64,000 nucleotides of DNA from the NCBI RefSeq assembly GCF_001194135.2, contig NC_068989.1, positions 52,109,652-52,173,651 of the forward strand, written 5' to 3'. The notes under the pieces were generated by a model. The model was given only the letters and a program-made list of their open reading frames with translations. It did not search any database and was not told the origin of the DNA. This document shows, in pieces, positions 1 to 12,274 of this stretch. This DNA comes from Octopus bimaculoides (lineage: Eukaryota). A program made the position numbers and the translations under genes. The number at the start of each line of letters is the position of its first letter. Within the stretch, counting starts at the first letter, position 1.

Positions 1-600
1 GAATTTTGTCTTTGTGCAACTTACTTGGGAAAATATGCGCTCCACGTACGCTGATGAATGATGTAACACCATTAAATTAGTCATGAATTGTGATAACCTC
101 TCAAATTTAGAGTGGTCAAGCCCATATTTAATATTGCGTATAGAATTCCATAATTCAGGGATGCTTTTTGAGGAAATGAGAATTTCTTTATATTGCCGAA
201 AGAATCTCCATTTATCGTCTTCTTCATCAAGTGTATTTTCTGGTGTAATTACTGGAACGTTTGATGCCAAGGAAATTATCGACTGTGGAAAGTTAGTGAC
301 ATCGCGTGCTGCTTTTGGATCAAATATTTCTAAGAGAGCAAACACTCCAGCTTCATCGAGAGGAAATCCCATTTTTATTTGAGAGGATAATTCTATTAAA
401 AAAATGTTACAATCGGTTTTGAATCTAACTGAGTCACCAACGAAGGGGTTTTGTTTTCTAGATATTTCATCGAGCGTCCACCCAGGTAAATATCATTCCT
501 ATCGTTGTGATTTGTCGTGTTATTAAGACCAATATCTGATACATTCTCATTAGGGCACGGATTGAAATGGCAGTTGCGTATAAATATAGTTGGAAATGGA
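1..600 (-). mobile_element. hAT-superfamily transposase remnant (C-terminal dimerisation region), running off the left window edge
   Basis: The minus strand from 480 to 1 reads open for 160 codons: WTLDEISRKQ...PELWNSIRNIKYGLDHSKFERLSQFMTNLMVLHHSSAYVERIFSQVSCTKTKF. This matches the hAT motif L-P-H-S-S-A-x-V-E-R-x-F-S. A frameshift near 481 joins it to an upstream segment ending NDIYLG. Confidence 0.8.
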
Positions 601-1529
601 GATGCAACACTTCGATTTTAAATATATGTATATAGACATAAAAAAACAGCAGATACCACTAGAAACACATCGTAATAATAGCTACAATATAGGCGCTATT
701 ATAATGGATTGCATGAAAAAAAGACATCCCTAACTACCATCACATTATCATAGAATCTAATGAAGTAAAAGGTACAATCTCCGGCTAACAAAATCAACAG
801 CTCAATTCATTGCATCAAACTGAAAGAAGGAAAAGCTTCAACATATGTTCCACAGTAAAAATAGACATTAATACACTAATTTATGAAGTTGATTGCATCA
901 AGGCTGGAGTATAATCTGTGCACTGGCATAGAGATCGGTTCGAGTAGAAATATCGATGCCTACTGTCTATTAGTTATACCGATACACACAAACTCTTCCT
1001 CTCTCTCTCTTTTCGTTTCTCTCTTCCCTCCTCTCTATCACTCTCCTCATTTCCTTTTGTTTTGTTGTTGCCTTTCGTTTTTCTATGCTCTGCGAAGCTG
1101 GAAGTAGTTTTTCCGTAATTTTAAGCTCAGCTGGTTTAAAGTGGCTTTTACTTCATTTGCGTCTTTCCGGCGTTCTTTTCACTTATTGGATATCATAAAG
1201 ATATTGGAAAGCTGAAGATAGATAACTACAGGTTAGCTCTCTGTCTTCATCCTTCTTCCATTTCTTTCCTCTCTCACTCTCTCTCTCTCTCCCATCCATT
1301 CTCTCTCACTTTCTCTCAGAACTTCTCTTATGCAAATACACACGCACAAACACATGCACACTCAGGCACATATGTGTATAGATTTCTCATTCGCCATCTC
1401 ACTCATACATATATATGTATGTATTTAGGTACATATGTATGTATTTGTATACATACACGCATATATAAATTAACACACATATATTTTCATATACATACAT
1501 AAACACATACCCACATATGTGTATGCACA

Positions 1530-1620
1530 GGGAGAGAGAGAGAGGGAGAGAGAGAGAGGGGGGAGAGAGAGAAAGAGAAAGAGAGAGAGAAAGAGAAAGA
1601 GAGAGAGAGTGAGAGAGAGA
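1530..1620. repeat. (GA)n-rich microsatellite
   Basis: Directly visible AG/GA repeat tract. Confidence 0.9.
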
Positions 1621-2030
1621 GTTTTACGGAGTAGGAGGCAAAGAAACAAAATCAAACGAACCGGTGAAATGACGTCAATAATTTAGATAACGTTTGTTTA
1701 CTTTAATTTTACAGATCAACGGAATCTAATGGCGTTTAAAATGATAGGTTTGCTTCGTGTATCCAGTAGCTCATGATCGAACTGAATATTAATCATATGT
1801 AAAGTAAACAAATCTGAACAGATAACAACTATAACAGTTACAAATATATAATACTACATAGCATTTTAGAAAATTGAATAGAATAATATATAATATACAT
1901 CTAATGAGATTCTTTCCTTAATTATTTCACTGTATATTTTCATAAATATGTAAGTAGAAGTTTATCAAAATTTATTAAATCAAAAGAAACGTTTGTTCAA
2001 TAAGAGAAATTATGTGTGAATTAAAGAGAA

Positions 2031-2037
2031 ATGTATG

Positions 2038-2080
<43 letters not shown>

Positions 2081-2121
2081 NNNNNNNNNNNNNNNNNNNN
2101 NNNNNNNNNNNNNNNNNNNNN

Positions 2122-2178
<57 letters not shown>

Positions 2179-2200
2179 CATATATATATATATATATATA
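2031..2200. repeat. Compound microsatellite (TA)n / gap / (CA)n / (TA)n
   Basis: Directly visible; N-gap at 2081-2121. Confidence 0.95.
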
Positions 2201-2204
2201 TTCA

Positions 2205-2345
2205 TACACGTGGGGTGCTGACAAGTTCTTGGTTGGGGTAAAAGTAAAAGAAACGGAGTGTCAGTTAATTATAATTGTATTCAATATATTCCCCTCTCAG
2301 ATTCACACACTTATTGCAGCGGCCCTTCAGTTTTTCTCATGATTG
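2205..2345 (-). mobile_element. 3' end of a mariner-type element (transposase C-terminus plus TIR)
   Basis: The minus strand encodes EKLKGRCNKCVNLRGEYIEY, matching the mariner C-terminal L..R..KC....G.Y.E pattern. A TIR-like tacacgtggggtgctgacaagttcttgg follows. It is related to 59700-59920. Confidence 0.7.
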
Positions 2346-5300
2346 AGAATGTTTTGTCTTTGTATGTTCGTTGGTATGTGAGTCTAGATGGAAGATGGTA
2401 TGCTCATTATTAGTTCATGATCTAAGAAATAACAAAATTAATTTTTAGACCATCTCGTGATCTGCATATTGTACCACAGCTATGGTTGTCTTTTTTCAGT
2501 TAAATGCAATAACATTTGATATTGTGTTAAATGTAAAATACAGTATGTGAATTTTTTCAGATCACCAGTAAATTATTTTGCTTCTACATGTAAGCAATCT
2601 CAAAGTACTGCTTAAAGATTTTCTTTCAGCACTGATTCTTTTTGTGTTTCTAGCATTCGTTGGCGCATTTTATTTCGTAGTGGCAGCATCTTATTTCATT
2701 TAACTATTAGCATGGTCTATCATGGTGATTCTACACATTTTGTTTCACCTCCAGTTAACCTGAAAAGGGGTGTTTTTTTTCCTACATTATATTGGTCACA
2801 GAAGCTGTATCGTTAGTATGCCTTTTATTAATATATAAGCTTTTGTTTCTTGGCAAACAAATCTTAGTATTGTGTTACCATTATCTAAAGTCGTGCCTTC
2901 TCTTTCTATTACGAACACCTCATACTGCGTAAGTGGTTTTCTGAAACACGCTTGTAACTTTTCTTTTTAATACATATTGACATTTGTATTTCATTTTCCT
3001 TATTCAACTTGTAACTGTCTTTGGCCTCGTATTTATTTTGGTTGCTAATTGATGTTTTATCTAGCTTAGATAAAGTTTTTTCTGGAACATATCTATACGA
3101 AATTTACTGAGTTCTTTTTTCAGATTCTACATTACTTAAAACTATATGAAGACATTGCCGTAGCTTTGTAGTCTAGAGCCTTCTGAAGTAACCGATTGCC
3201 TGTGGTTTATTGATGTGTAAATATTCTTGTACTTGTAGCTTTTTTTTTTTTTTGTGGCTGTTTAAGTCGTATCGTTGTCCCTTGCCAATGATTTTTCTTC
3301 GTGTTTCGTTAGCATTTACCATTGTGTGAAGTATATTAGTACAACCATTTTTTCTAATAATTGTAACTGCTCACATGACTTCATTTTTGCCGATTGATGA
3401 TTTAGAAACTCCAAGTTATAATTGTGATTGCTGCAGTGGTTATTGTTATTATATTCTGTTAGGATTTAACTAGGGTTTTAGTATGGCGCATACCTTCAGA
3501 TTTATTTGTTATGCGTTTCATTGTACCATTTGCTACTCATAAGGTAACTTTTTTCGTTCATACTTGGTCTAAATCTTTAATCAGTGTATCTGTGTCAAAC
3601 GCAATTAATTCATCTCTCGAATTGTCTGTTTAGATATAGGTTCTTTCCAGTCACACCCATATTTATGCCATTTATGTAAAACCTTTTGGTTGTTTTTAAA
3701 AACATGCATGTTCTGACTAAAGACTTTCAAATAGATAATACCGAGTAAATGGGTGTTGTTCAAGCGTTGGTCTGAAAGCCATAACCAGTTTTTCTCAATT
3801 CTGACGAAGCAAAATTCAGACAGAACCAGAAATGTAGGATATAATGAGAATCGCCGTCAAAAGGCCATCGGTTATATTTATAGTATCATAGGTCAATATA
3901 CTTTTTGAATAAAATTGGGATGAATGTTCCTGAAGGTTTGCTCTGAATAAAGACTTTTTTTAGCATAGACGACACTTTGTATAGTTCTAGAGATTTTAAT
4001 ATAAAGTTTTTGAAACATTCTCTAAAGCATATTTTAGTAAAAGCAATTTTTGCACAATTTTTTCTTTATCCTTTTTTTCCATTTTAGATCATTCTGTTTA
4101 TTAACTTTTGATCTTTTCATCTGTATGAGCCTTGGCAATAGATTTTTTCCTCAATTGGAATCTGAGCATGTATTCCATATGGGAATATGTTCATTTATCC
4201 AATACGCGTATTCAAATTTTATGGGGTGTTCACAGAAACGAAATTTTAGCAATACATTATGGATGTTCAGTTTCGTATGATTTTTGCTCAAGAAAAGCTG
4301 TGCTTTCGCATAATAAATATGTTCTGTTAGCTTATTCTATCATGGTTTCGTTTAGAAAATATGTGGATATTCTGTGGGGAGATGTTTGTATGGATAAACA
4401 AGCATTTGACACTTCCTCGGTGTCAAGGGATTTTCATTTACGGGACTTTATAAGTGATCAATAACCTCTTAAATCATATTTTATCAGTCTTGTTCTTTTA
4501 TATTTGCATGGCATGCTGCTTTTCCATTCATTGTTTTCTTCTACTTTCTTTCTATTTGTAAATGCTATATCATAATATATCATGCTTCTAAGTTGGTGCC
4601 TTATCTAAATATTATTGGCCCTTTTCCTTTCTCTTAGAAATATTTATTGGCACCCGTTTGAAGTGTTTTGCCTTGCTTAAAAATACTTACTTCATTAGTT
4701 GTACTTTCTTCGGTATTCGCTTTTAAGGTTCTCTGCGCTTTGTGCTGCTTACGGTATCATTTTAGCCCATACTCTACTTTTTTTAAAATTATCCATCTTT
4801 CTAGTTTTCACACAAGCGTTCTGTATACAGTACCTTCAAAATCAATATTTTTGCTCATTCGATCTATACTTCCTTTTTCCTTTCCATTTAGGCTTCCTTC
4901 TCTTTCGCCTTATATATAAACCTGATTCTCTCACTCTTTTCTCTCTCTCTATCTCTCTCTCTCTCTCTCTCTCTCGCTCTCTTTCTCTCTCTCTCTCCAC
5001 TTCCAATCGCTTGTTGAAACATCAATACAATTACTTTGGTTGACGCACAGATCAGTGCAATATTCTCAGACAAATTATGTTCATGTGGATGTGCTCTCTG
5101 ATTACCACGTTTTCAACTGTCATCATTTCCTTATATCTGTTTCACTTTATTATTTTTAATATCAGTTCTCCTCTTGCTATGATCACATTTCTTACTCTTA
5201 GCAAGTTTCGTTCGAATTTTAGTATATTTTCCTTATAATATTGATGTCTTCCACACTCTGATATGATAGAAATCATTTCTAATGCGTTGACACTCTTTTA

Positions 5301-5500
5301 GACATTGCTTTAGTCTTTGTGAGGAAATCAGAAATCAATATGAATACTTATACCTTGTTCCATGTTTTCGATATTTCATTTTGCGAGAGCTTGTGTGATT
5401 ATATTTTGCATGTACTCTTAATCATATGCTTATGCAGATACTCTGTTTATACCTGGGCTAACTTCAATAAACATTTAAATTTTTTTTACTTCACATTATA
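2345..5500 (-). mobile_element. Long, heavily decayed Penelope-like retroelement (RT followed by GIY-YIG endonuclease)
   Basis: Minus-strand frames with many stops and frameshifts give PLE-like motifs in the expected order: NISK..(4600), QTSPHRISTYFL and STAFLEQ (RT N-part, 4250-4400), TDGLLTAILI (Q.DG..MG-like, about 3860), RDELIAFDTDTLIK (E.E...I.FLD.LI-like, about 3600), HEIKCANEC (GIY-YIG CxxC region, about 2660). A (CT)n tract interrupts at 4925-5000. The boundaries are approximate. Confidence 0.55.
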
Positions 5501-6316
5501 TAAAAGCTCTTGTTAATTACATTCCTTCTAGTATTTGCGACCTCTTTCATGTCTAGATATTCACAAATTACCAGATTTCTATTTTCCCCATATAAAAGGA
5601 GTATTCATTGTACTGAGTTTCTTTTAAATATTATTATTCACGATGGTAACATGTCGTTTAAAGTAGTTGTTAGTTCAATGTACTCCTAAGGAGTATGTTT
5701 AATTCTCATCCGTTTAGCATTATTGACTTATCACACATACTCGTGTTAGGAATTCTCCTTTATTGATGATCATCATAGATATTATTCTTGAATGAGAAGG
5801 TGTCAGCAGTGTATCTGAGCTCTTTCTCTGGCTCATGGTTACAAAACTGGTCATTGAGATAGTGCAAGTATTGTCTTATAAGCAGTTTAATAAAAGGTTA
5901 AAATGCATTTTGTTTCTAAATTTTAGTATAAATGTGCTTTGTCTTTGATAAAAAAAGAACACATTTTCTTCAACATATTAAAAAAGAAAACCGAGTTACT
6001 ATATGCAAATTTTCAAACATATGGCTATATATATCTATCCGCAGCTATGAAGAAATTGAGTTGGTGATTGCAGAAACAGTTCAATAGAGCTGATGCATAT
6101 ACACAGCAAATATATTCTCTCCAATATTTTCAGAAACATTTCGTAGTAGAAGAAATTAAAGCGTATTGGAAGATTTATCGAAAGTGTGGATAATGTAGCA
6201 GTTAGAGGAGGAAGACATGATTTCTGCAACTTGACACATACTTTAATATAATGCAAATTACTGTGCAGCTCTGTAGATGATGTCTACACATGTTTAAGTC
6301 TATATATGTATATATG

Positions 6317-6357
<41 letters not shown>

Positions 6358-7435
6358 NNNNNNNNNNNNNNNNNNNNNNNNNNNNNNNNNNNNNNNNNNN
6401 NNNNNNNNNNNNNNNNNNNNNNNNNNNNNNNNNNNNNNNNNNNNNNNNNNNNNNNNNNNNNNNNNNNNNNNNNNNNNNNNNNNNNNNNNNNNNNNNNNNN
6501 NNNNNNNNNNNNNNNNNNNNNNNNNNNNNNNNNNNNNNNNNNNNNNNNNNNNNNNNNNNNNAAAAATTCTCAGTTCTTGTTATATTTCCTAAGATCGAAA
6601 ATACACGAAAGCTGCATGATCAAAAAGTTGTTTTGATATGCATATTATGTGCTCGGGCGGAGAACATAATTGTCGGAAGTGCTCTGGCGTCAGAGAACGT
6701 ATTTATTCGTTCTGTATCTTTAAAGGATAACTCTTACAAATCTATAATTGCATTGTAATGTTCAGAATGTTTCGACGGAATGAAAGTTCGAAGAATAAAG
6801 AAAGATATCGGTTCTTAAAGTGATTTAGTAACACCTTCCATTGAGACTAAATTCTATAGGATAATTTTCAGGTTTTCCAGTTTCAGTAAATGTCGTTACG
6901 TGAATTAAGTTAAAGTAACAAAGAACTACATGAGGAAAAGGTGAAGAATGGTAGACGTTATTTATCTGCCCATTGTTTCCTACGTATAATATTCTATTCA
7001 CTACCTATCACGATATAGTTTCTGGCAATGCGTAATATATTTGGTGTGATCTAAGTCAATGCAATATAAGGAAGGATCTAGTTCCATAACAGTTTGCTAC
7101 TTTATTTATTATTTTTTTTTTTTTTTACTAAGAGTCGGAATTTTTGTTGTTATTTTAATTATTTGTGATTTTTATCATGAATTTATTGATACTTTGTTTT
7201 TTGTTATGTTCACATTACAGAAATATGAAGATTAATGAAAACAAGTGTTCTTCCATCAATTTTTTTTTCTTTTTAGTACAGAAAAAAATTTTCCTGCAAT
7301 ATGGTTAGACATATTTCATTTATATTCGAAAACATATTAAAGTATTCTGAAGTTAAGCTGTTAAAAACATAATATATATATATATATATATATATATNNN
7401 NNNNNNNATATATATACCCTATGTCTCATTTTTGT

Positions 7436-7560
7436 AAGCTTAGTACTTATTCCATTGGTCTCTTTCGCCGAATCGGCAAGTTACGGGGACGTAAACATAC
7501 CGACATCGATTGTCAAGTGATTGGGAGGGGGGGATAAACACAGAAAAAGAAACACATATA
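7436..7560 (-). mobile_element. SINE 3'-portion fragment
   Basis: The stretch gtacttattccattggtctctttcgccgaatcggcaagttacggggacgtaaac is homologous to 62340-62440 in this window and resembles an abundant cephalopod SINE as I recall it. Confidence 0.5.
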
Positions 7561-7931
7561 CATGATTTCTTCCGTCTTCCCTTTCTATTGCACTTTCTTC
7601 TGTCTCCTGTTTCTACATATGTCTCAACGGATGCACTCCAAAATGTCCAACATGATAAATTATGGTCACCAATGTATGAAGTGCATCCTTCGAAACGTGT
7701 AGAAGAATTCAAGATATAAATGGTTTAACAACTTCCCGAGAATTCGTCTCCTTATTCAATTTTCCTATTTTCTACTAAATACGTCTTATTATACCGGATT
7801 TACATCTTGGGACACTTAAACAAAATCTGGCTAACTTGTAATTATTCCCCTGGATTTTTCCTCTAAATTGTAAACGCTACATTATACCAGGCTTTATTTG
7901 ATTAAACCTGCAACCGGAATAATTACTGCAA

Positions 7932-8340
7932 ATGGCGATCTTTAATATCAACGGCTTTCTCAAGGATATACCTATTCCTCTAAGAAAGGTATTCCTGAAA
8001 CATATCATCAATAAGACTAATTCTTTCATTAACCGCATTAGATGGCAAGCTTTCTTCTCCGATAATAAGGATATCGAAACATCATCCTGCAACCTTAATC
8101 CTGAATTTAGGAAACTTTTCAAATCTAAAAATAACACTTTTCACAACCCAGCTTTGAAACAATTTGAAGAGGACCTCTGGACGATACTCAAGAATGTGAA
8201 GTTACGTCGTTCTCCCTTAAGAAGTAAACATCAAAGATATATGCAAAATATAACCAAGCAAATTAACAGAATGGAAGGTCTACTTGTACAGTAAGATGAA
8301 ACTGGCAACTTATATCACTTAAACAAGGATTTGTACCTAA
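7932..8340 (+). pseudogene. N-terminal part of a PLE ORF, truncated before the RT core
   Basis: KDIPIP...KTNSFINRIRWQAFF...PALKQFEEDLWTILKNVKLR...LLVQ*DETGNLYHLNKDLY matches the KNIPIP / F.KRMRWKA / FE.DL / ADKT.N.Y pattern of a metazoan C-terminal-EN PLE clade. There is a stop at the ADKT position. Confidence 0.7.
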
Positions 8341-8886
8341 ATCTATATATTTCTGTTCCTTTTCTCCTTCGCTCACCAATTCTAGTTAATTTCCTTGAAA
8401 CCATTTTAACTTACTAGAGTTGCCTTACTATTCAGCTTTCCATATATTTATATGCGTATACACCCGTTTTTGCTATCGTACGTATGTATATTTTCATTGT
8501 GCACAATAATGTATATGTGCTTAATATGTGTGTATGGGTTTGTTATAGTGCGTTTGTGTATGTCGATCTTTTGGAATGTATGCCCTTCTGTATGTATGTG
8601 AACTCCAATAACCTAATAATAATTTCTACTAATCTTCTTATATCTTTTCCTTCATCTTCCCATAATTTCCACCTCTCCAATTCTTCCATTTCTTTCTTTG
8701 CATTTCTTATATTTACAATTTACCCGTTCCTCACCCCTCTCTCATTTTTTTCATTTTGTTTTATCCTTCCTTACTTATCCACCCTCAATCATCTTTCTAT
8801 ACATATTCTCCTTGTTTCATAATATCTAGTTCGTTTCGATGTCATTTTAAATTTCTAGCGTCTCTTGTTCGTATGGTATATATACC

Positions 8887-8970
8887 CTTCCTGATGAGAT
8901 TGACGTATTGCTGACCATAAATTATCATGTTGGACATTTTGGAGTGCATTCGGCGAAATATATGTAGAAG
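8887..8970 (+). ncRNA. Decayed type I hammerhead ribozyme in the PLE pseudo-LTR
   Basis: CTTC(8887-90), CTGATGA(8891-97), stem II 5' arm(8898-8909), stem II 3' arm(8943-54), GAAA(8955-58), TATATGTA with GTA triplet (8964-66), GAAG(8967-70). Stem I CTTC/GAAG is perfect. Stem II pairs 9 of 12 positions counting G-U. Confidence 0.65.
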
Positions 8971-9030
8971 AATTCAAGATGTAAATAGTTTAACAACATC
9001 CCGAGAGTTCGTCTCGTTATTCAATTTTCC

Positions 9031-9062
<32 letters not shown>

Positions 9063-9139
9063 NNNNNNNNNNNNNNNNNNNNNNNNNNNNNNNNNNNNNN
9101 NNNNNNNNNNNNNNNNNNNNNNNNNNNNNNNNNNNNNNN

Positions 9140-9172
<33 letters not shown>

Positions 9173-9199
9173 CATACATACATATATATATACATATAC

Positions 9200-9232
<33 letters not shown>

Positions 9233-10244
9233 CATACATATCTATGTACATTTACATGTGGGTGTACGTTTGTACGCGTGAGCATGTATATGCTTATGCC
9301 TGTGTGTGTGTCTTCTTTAAAAGTTTGATGATAGACCATTTAACTGGTAAAGATATGAAATTTGACCTCTCTGCGAATACCAAATATATTATGTAGACTG
9401 AAATTCTGATAAATAGTTATGAACTTCCATCAGTAAATTGGTTTCCATTATCTCTTATAGCTACATTATTTTCAGGTAAAATGAGTTATAAACCCAGCGA
9501 GAGGAAGTAAAACATATACTTATATCGCTTGTCGCTGTATTTTCAATAAATGCCGAATATCCAAGGATGCTTGGTGTAAGCCATATAAGATTATGTCTGT
9601 AAGATCGAACAATTAAATTTCATAACGAAACATATTAGGTTATCTACTTTCTGAACTAAAATGTCATTTCTCCTGTAATATAGTGATACGATTGAAAGTT
9701 GTGTTTAGAATTACAGATTAGAATCCAAAGCGTTTATTTGCGTAGCAAATTAGAGCATATAGCATATACTGGTATTTAATTCATATTGAACTGGTGCCAA
9801 ATATAGGACTACTCTACAAAATTTAAAACAAACATTTATAAGATGGGAAACGAAAGATGAATGCGCATTCGATGAGTAAACATCTAGTTTATAGAAATAT
9901 AACAAGTTGTACTAATTGAAATATATAAGATTAATGGTAAATGAAATTACTTAAACATAGAAATGCAGCATTTCCAGAACATATACTTATCACAAATAAT
10001 TACATATAAACATTACTAATGGTATCTTTAATATTGTTTGCTGTTGAATGTCACAGAATAAAAAAATTGTAAGAGCGCCAAAACGGTAGATTTGTTTCGA
10101 TGAATATCCATAAAATTTAAACTATACAACTTTTCTCGAATCATGACTTGGTTTTGCGTATGAATGAATTTCGGTGTATGAATATAACTTGTTTAAATAT
10201 ACCGTTTTGTATAGGCATTCACACACACACACACATGTATGTAT

Positions 10245-10526
10245 GATGGATTTTCCCGTGGAGACGACGTTTGGGCATTCAGCTTCTGCTGAACCATCTT
10301 TTTATGATGACACATACTCAGTGATCAAACATATTTAGCCCTCTCCCTCCGTCAACTGGACGTAGCCTTGACAGGCGCATTGTCTATCAGGCTTCAGGTG
10401 TAGAAGTGATCGCAGAGCACCGTCCGGTGAGGTGTTTTCCACAAGAACACAACGCCCCACCCGGTCTAGGAATTGAAACCATGAACGCTAGATTGTGAGT
10501 GGAACACCCTAAACATACAGCCATGC
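10245..10526 (-). mobile_element. tRNA-derived SINE
   Basis: The minus strand begins with a tRNA-like head carrying A/B-box-like motifs (atggctgtatgtttagg...ggtttcaattcc), followed by gcgttgtgttcttgtggaaaacac. It is flanked by microsatellites. Confidence 0.7.
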
Positions 10527-10534
10527 TCTCTCTA

Positions 10535-10570
<36 letters not shown>

Positions 10571-10649
10571 ATACACACACACACATATATATATACATAT
10601 ATGTATACATATATACATAGGTATGTATTTTAAATAAAACTTTCCACTA

Positions 10650-10840
10650 AAGGCACAAGGCCTGAAATCTTGGAGAGGGGATATTTGATTACATAGACCC
10701 AGTGTTTCACTGGTACTTAATTTCTCGAAAGGATGAAGGGCAAAATCAACTTCAGCGGAATTTGAAATCCGAACGTTGCAGCAGATGAAATACCGCTAAG
10801 CATTTCGCTTGGTGTGCTTAGCGATTCTACCAGCTCACCG
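10650..10840 (-). mobile_element. tRNA-derived SINE of a second family
   Basis: The minus strand reads cggtgagctggtagaatcgctaagcacaccaagcgaaatgcttagcggtatttc...gttcggatttcaaattccgctgaagttgattttgcccttcatcctttcgag, with a B-box-like motif. It matches a very abundant octopus SINE as I recall it. Confidence 0.75.
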
Positions 10841-12217
10841 AATTTATGTATTTGAAGTACTAATAATTGCTAACATGATGATAAATATCGCTAAGGCCAA
10901 CGTTATAACATAGTTCCTAGTGAGTTCTCTTTTCAACTAAGTTCCGCGTAATACATATTTGTTATAAATTTTGGAAAAATAATTCACCCTTATATATAAC
11001 GAAGGAAAGCATTTTATTTTTTATTAAACGTTAATTCCTTAAGTGTTTAATGAAACATTTTAATGTACTCATTTAATATGTTAGTGGATGTAATTTTAGC
11101 TTTGGGTTTGGAGTACTATTCTTCGCAATTCAAATTCGATTCCAAACTTTGTGGTAATTTTCAAAAATGAAATATATGAAATAAATGGTGGTTGAAGATT
11201 GAGATCGATATATGTTCCCGATAATATTTTATGAATCGGATTATGAAATCATAATTTTCTTTGGTGATTTTCGTTGCCTGTTAACTGCAGGTGATATCTG
11301 ATCAAGAAAACCCATGATTGAAAGCATTAGAGCAATAAATATCTGCTTTATATTTTTCATCAGGCACGTTGTGTATAGACCCCCATTACTGAAAGAGTCC
11401 ATCTATTAATGCAGTTGATAAATTGATATAATTTAACTATAGTGACTGTCAAGTTAACGCAGGCCCGATCCATGCCGTCTTTGACTAGTAGTGAGAACCA
11501 CTACGTGTCGATATCATTGTGCGTTATAATTCAAATCTTGATAGAGTTGAAGTTTAAAGATGATACAAGCTGCGGATTCTGTCGTCGGCTTTTCATTTTT
11601 TATCAAGCATGTACAGTGCTTCATACGTTAAAAATATGGTGTCCTCTTCTGAAAAATATATGAGTACTATGAACAAAGTTTTCACTTTTTGTTCTAAACT
11701 CATACGTTCTCTCTTTCTCTCAATCCCTCTACCCTTCTCCCTCAGCAAAATTTGTTATATATTATTTGTAAGGAAATGTTATTTCATTTTAGTTTTATAA
11801 TAAACCAGATACTATATTTATTGAAGCACAATTCAGTATTTGGTAATTTTGCTATTTGATACTTATTTTATTAAGTAAACCAATTTTTATTAACATTTTA
11901 TACTTTCTAAATTTATTGACTTCATTTAATATTTATTCCTTAATTGAGATAATAAATTATTTAAATAAACTCATTAAAATGTTAATTTATTCTCAAGGCG
12001 AAGGAAAATCCAAGCAAAAGCTATTAACTGGAAATTCATCAGCCATTTCATAGCCGAGATCATAACAGATTCTATCCCCGCATGAACCAATATCTCGATA
12101 TAAATTGACATATTGCAGGTACTATTACAAAACTGAATTGCATGTTTACATAAAATGTCCCTAGGTAAAATTCAGAAATTGACATGAGTGCTTAAATATT
12201 TTTTTTAAAGATATATA

Positions 12218-12274
<57 letters not shown>

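Larger units (their letters stand above)
7611..9033 (+). mobile_element. Internally deleted Penelope-like element with inverted partial pLTR, direct partial pLTR, 5' ORF fragment, 3' UTR and 3' pLTR
   Basis: 7680-7768 is a direct repeat of 8943-9033. 7611-7668 is an inverted copy of 8912-8969. A PLE N-terminal ORF lies at 7932-8340. The 3' end abuts (CA)n. Confidence 0.75.

Noticed and set aside
10440-10840. tRNA genes
   Set aside because: The tRNA-like boxes are SINE heads fused to SINE bodies, and no cloverleaf can be folded.
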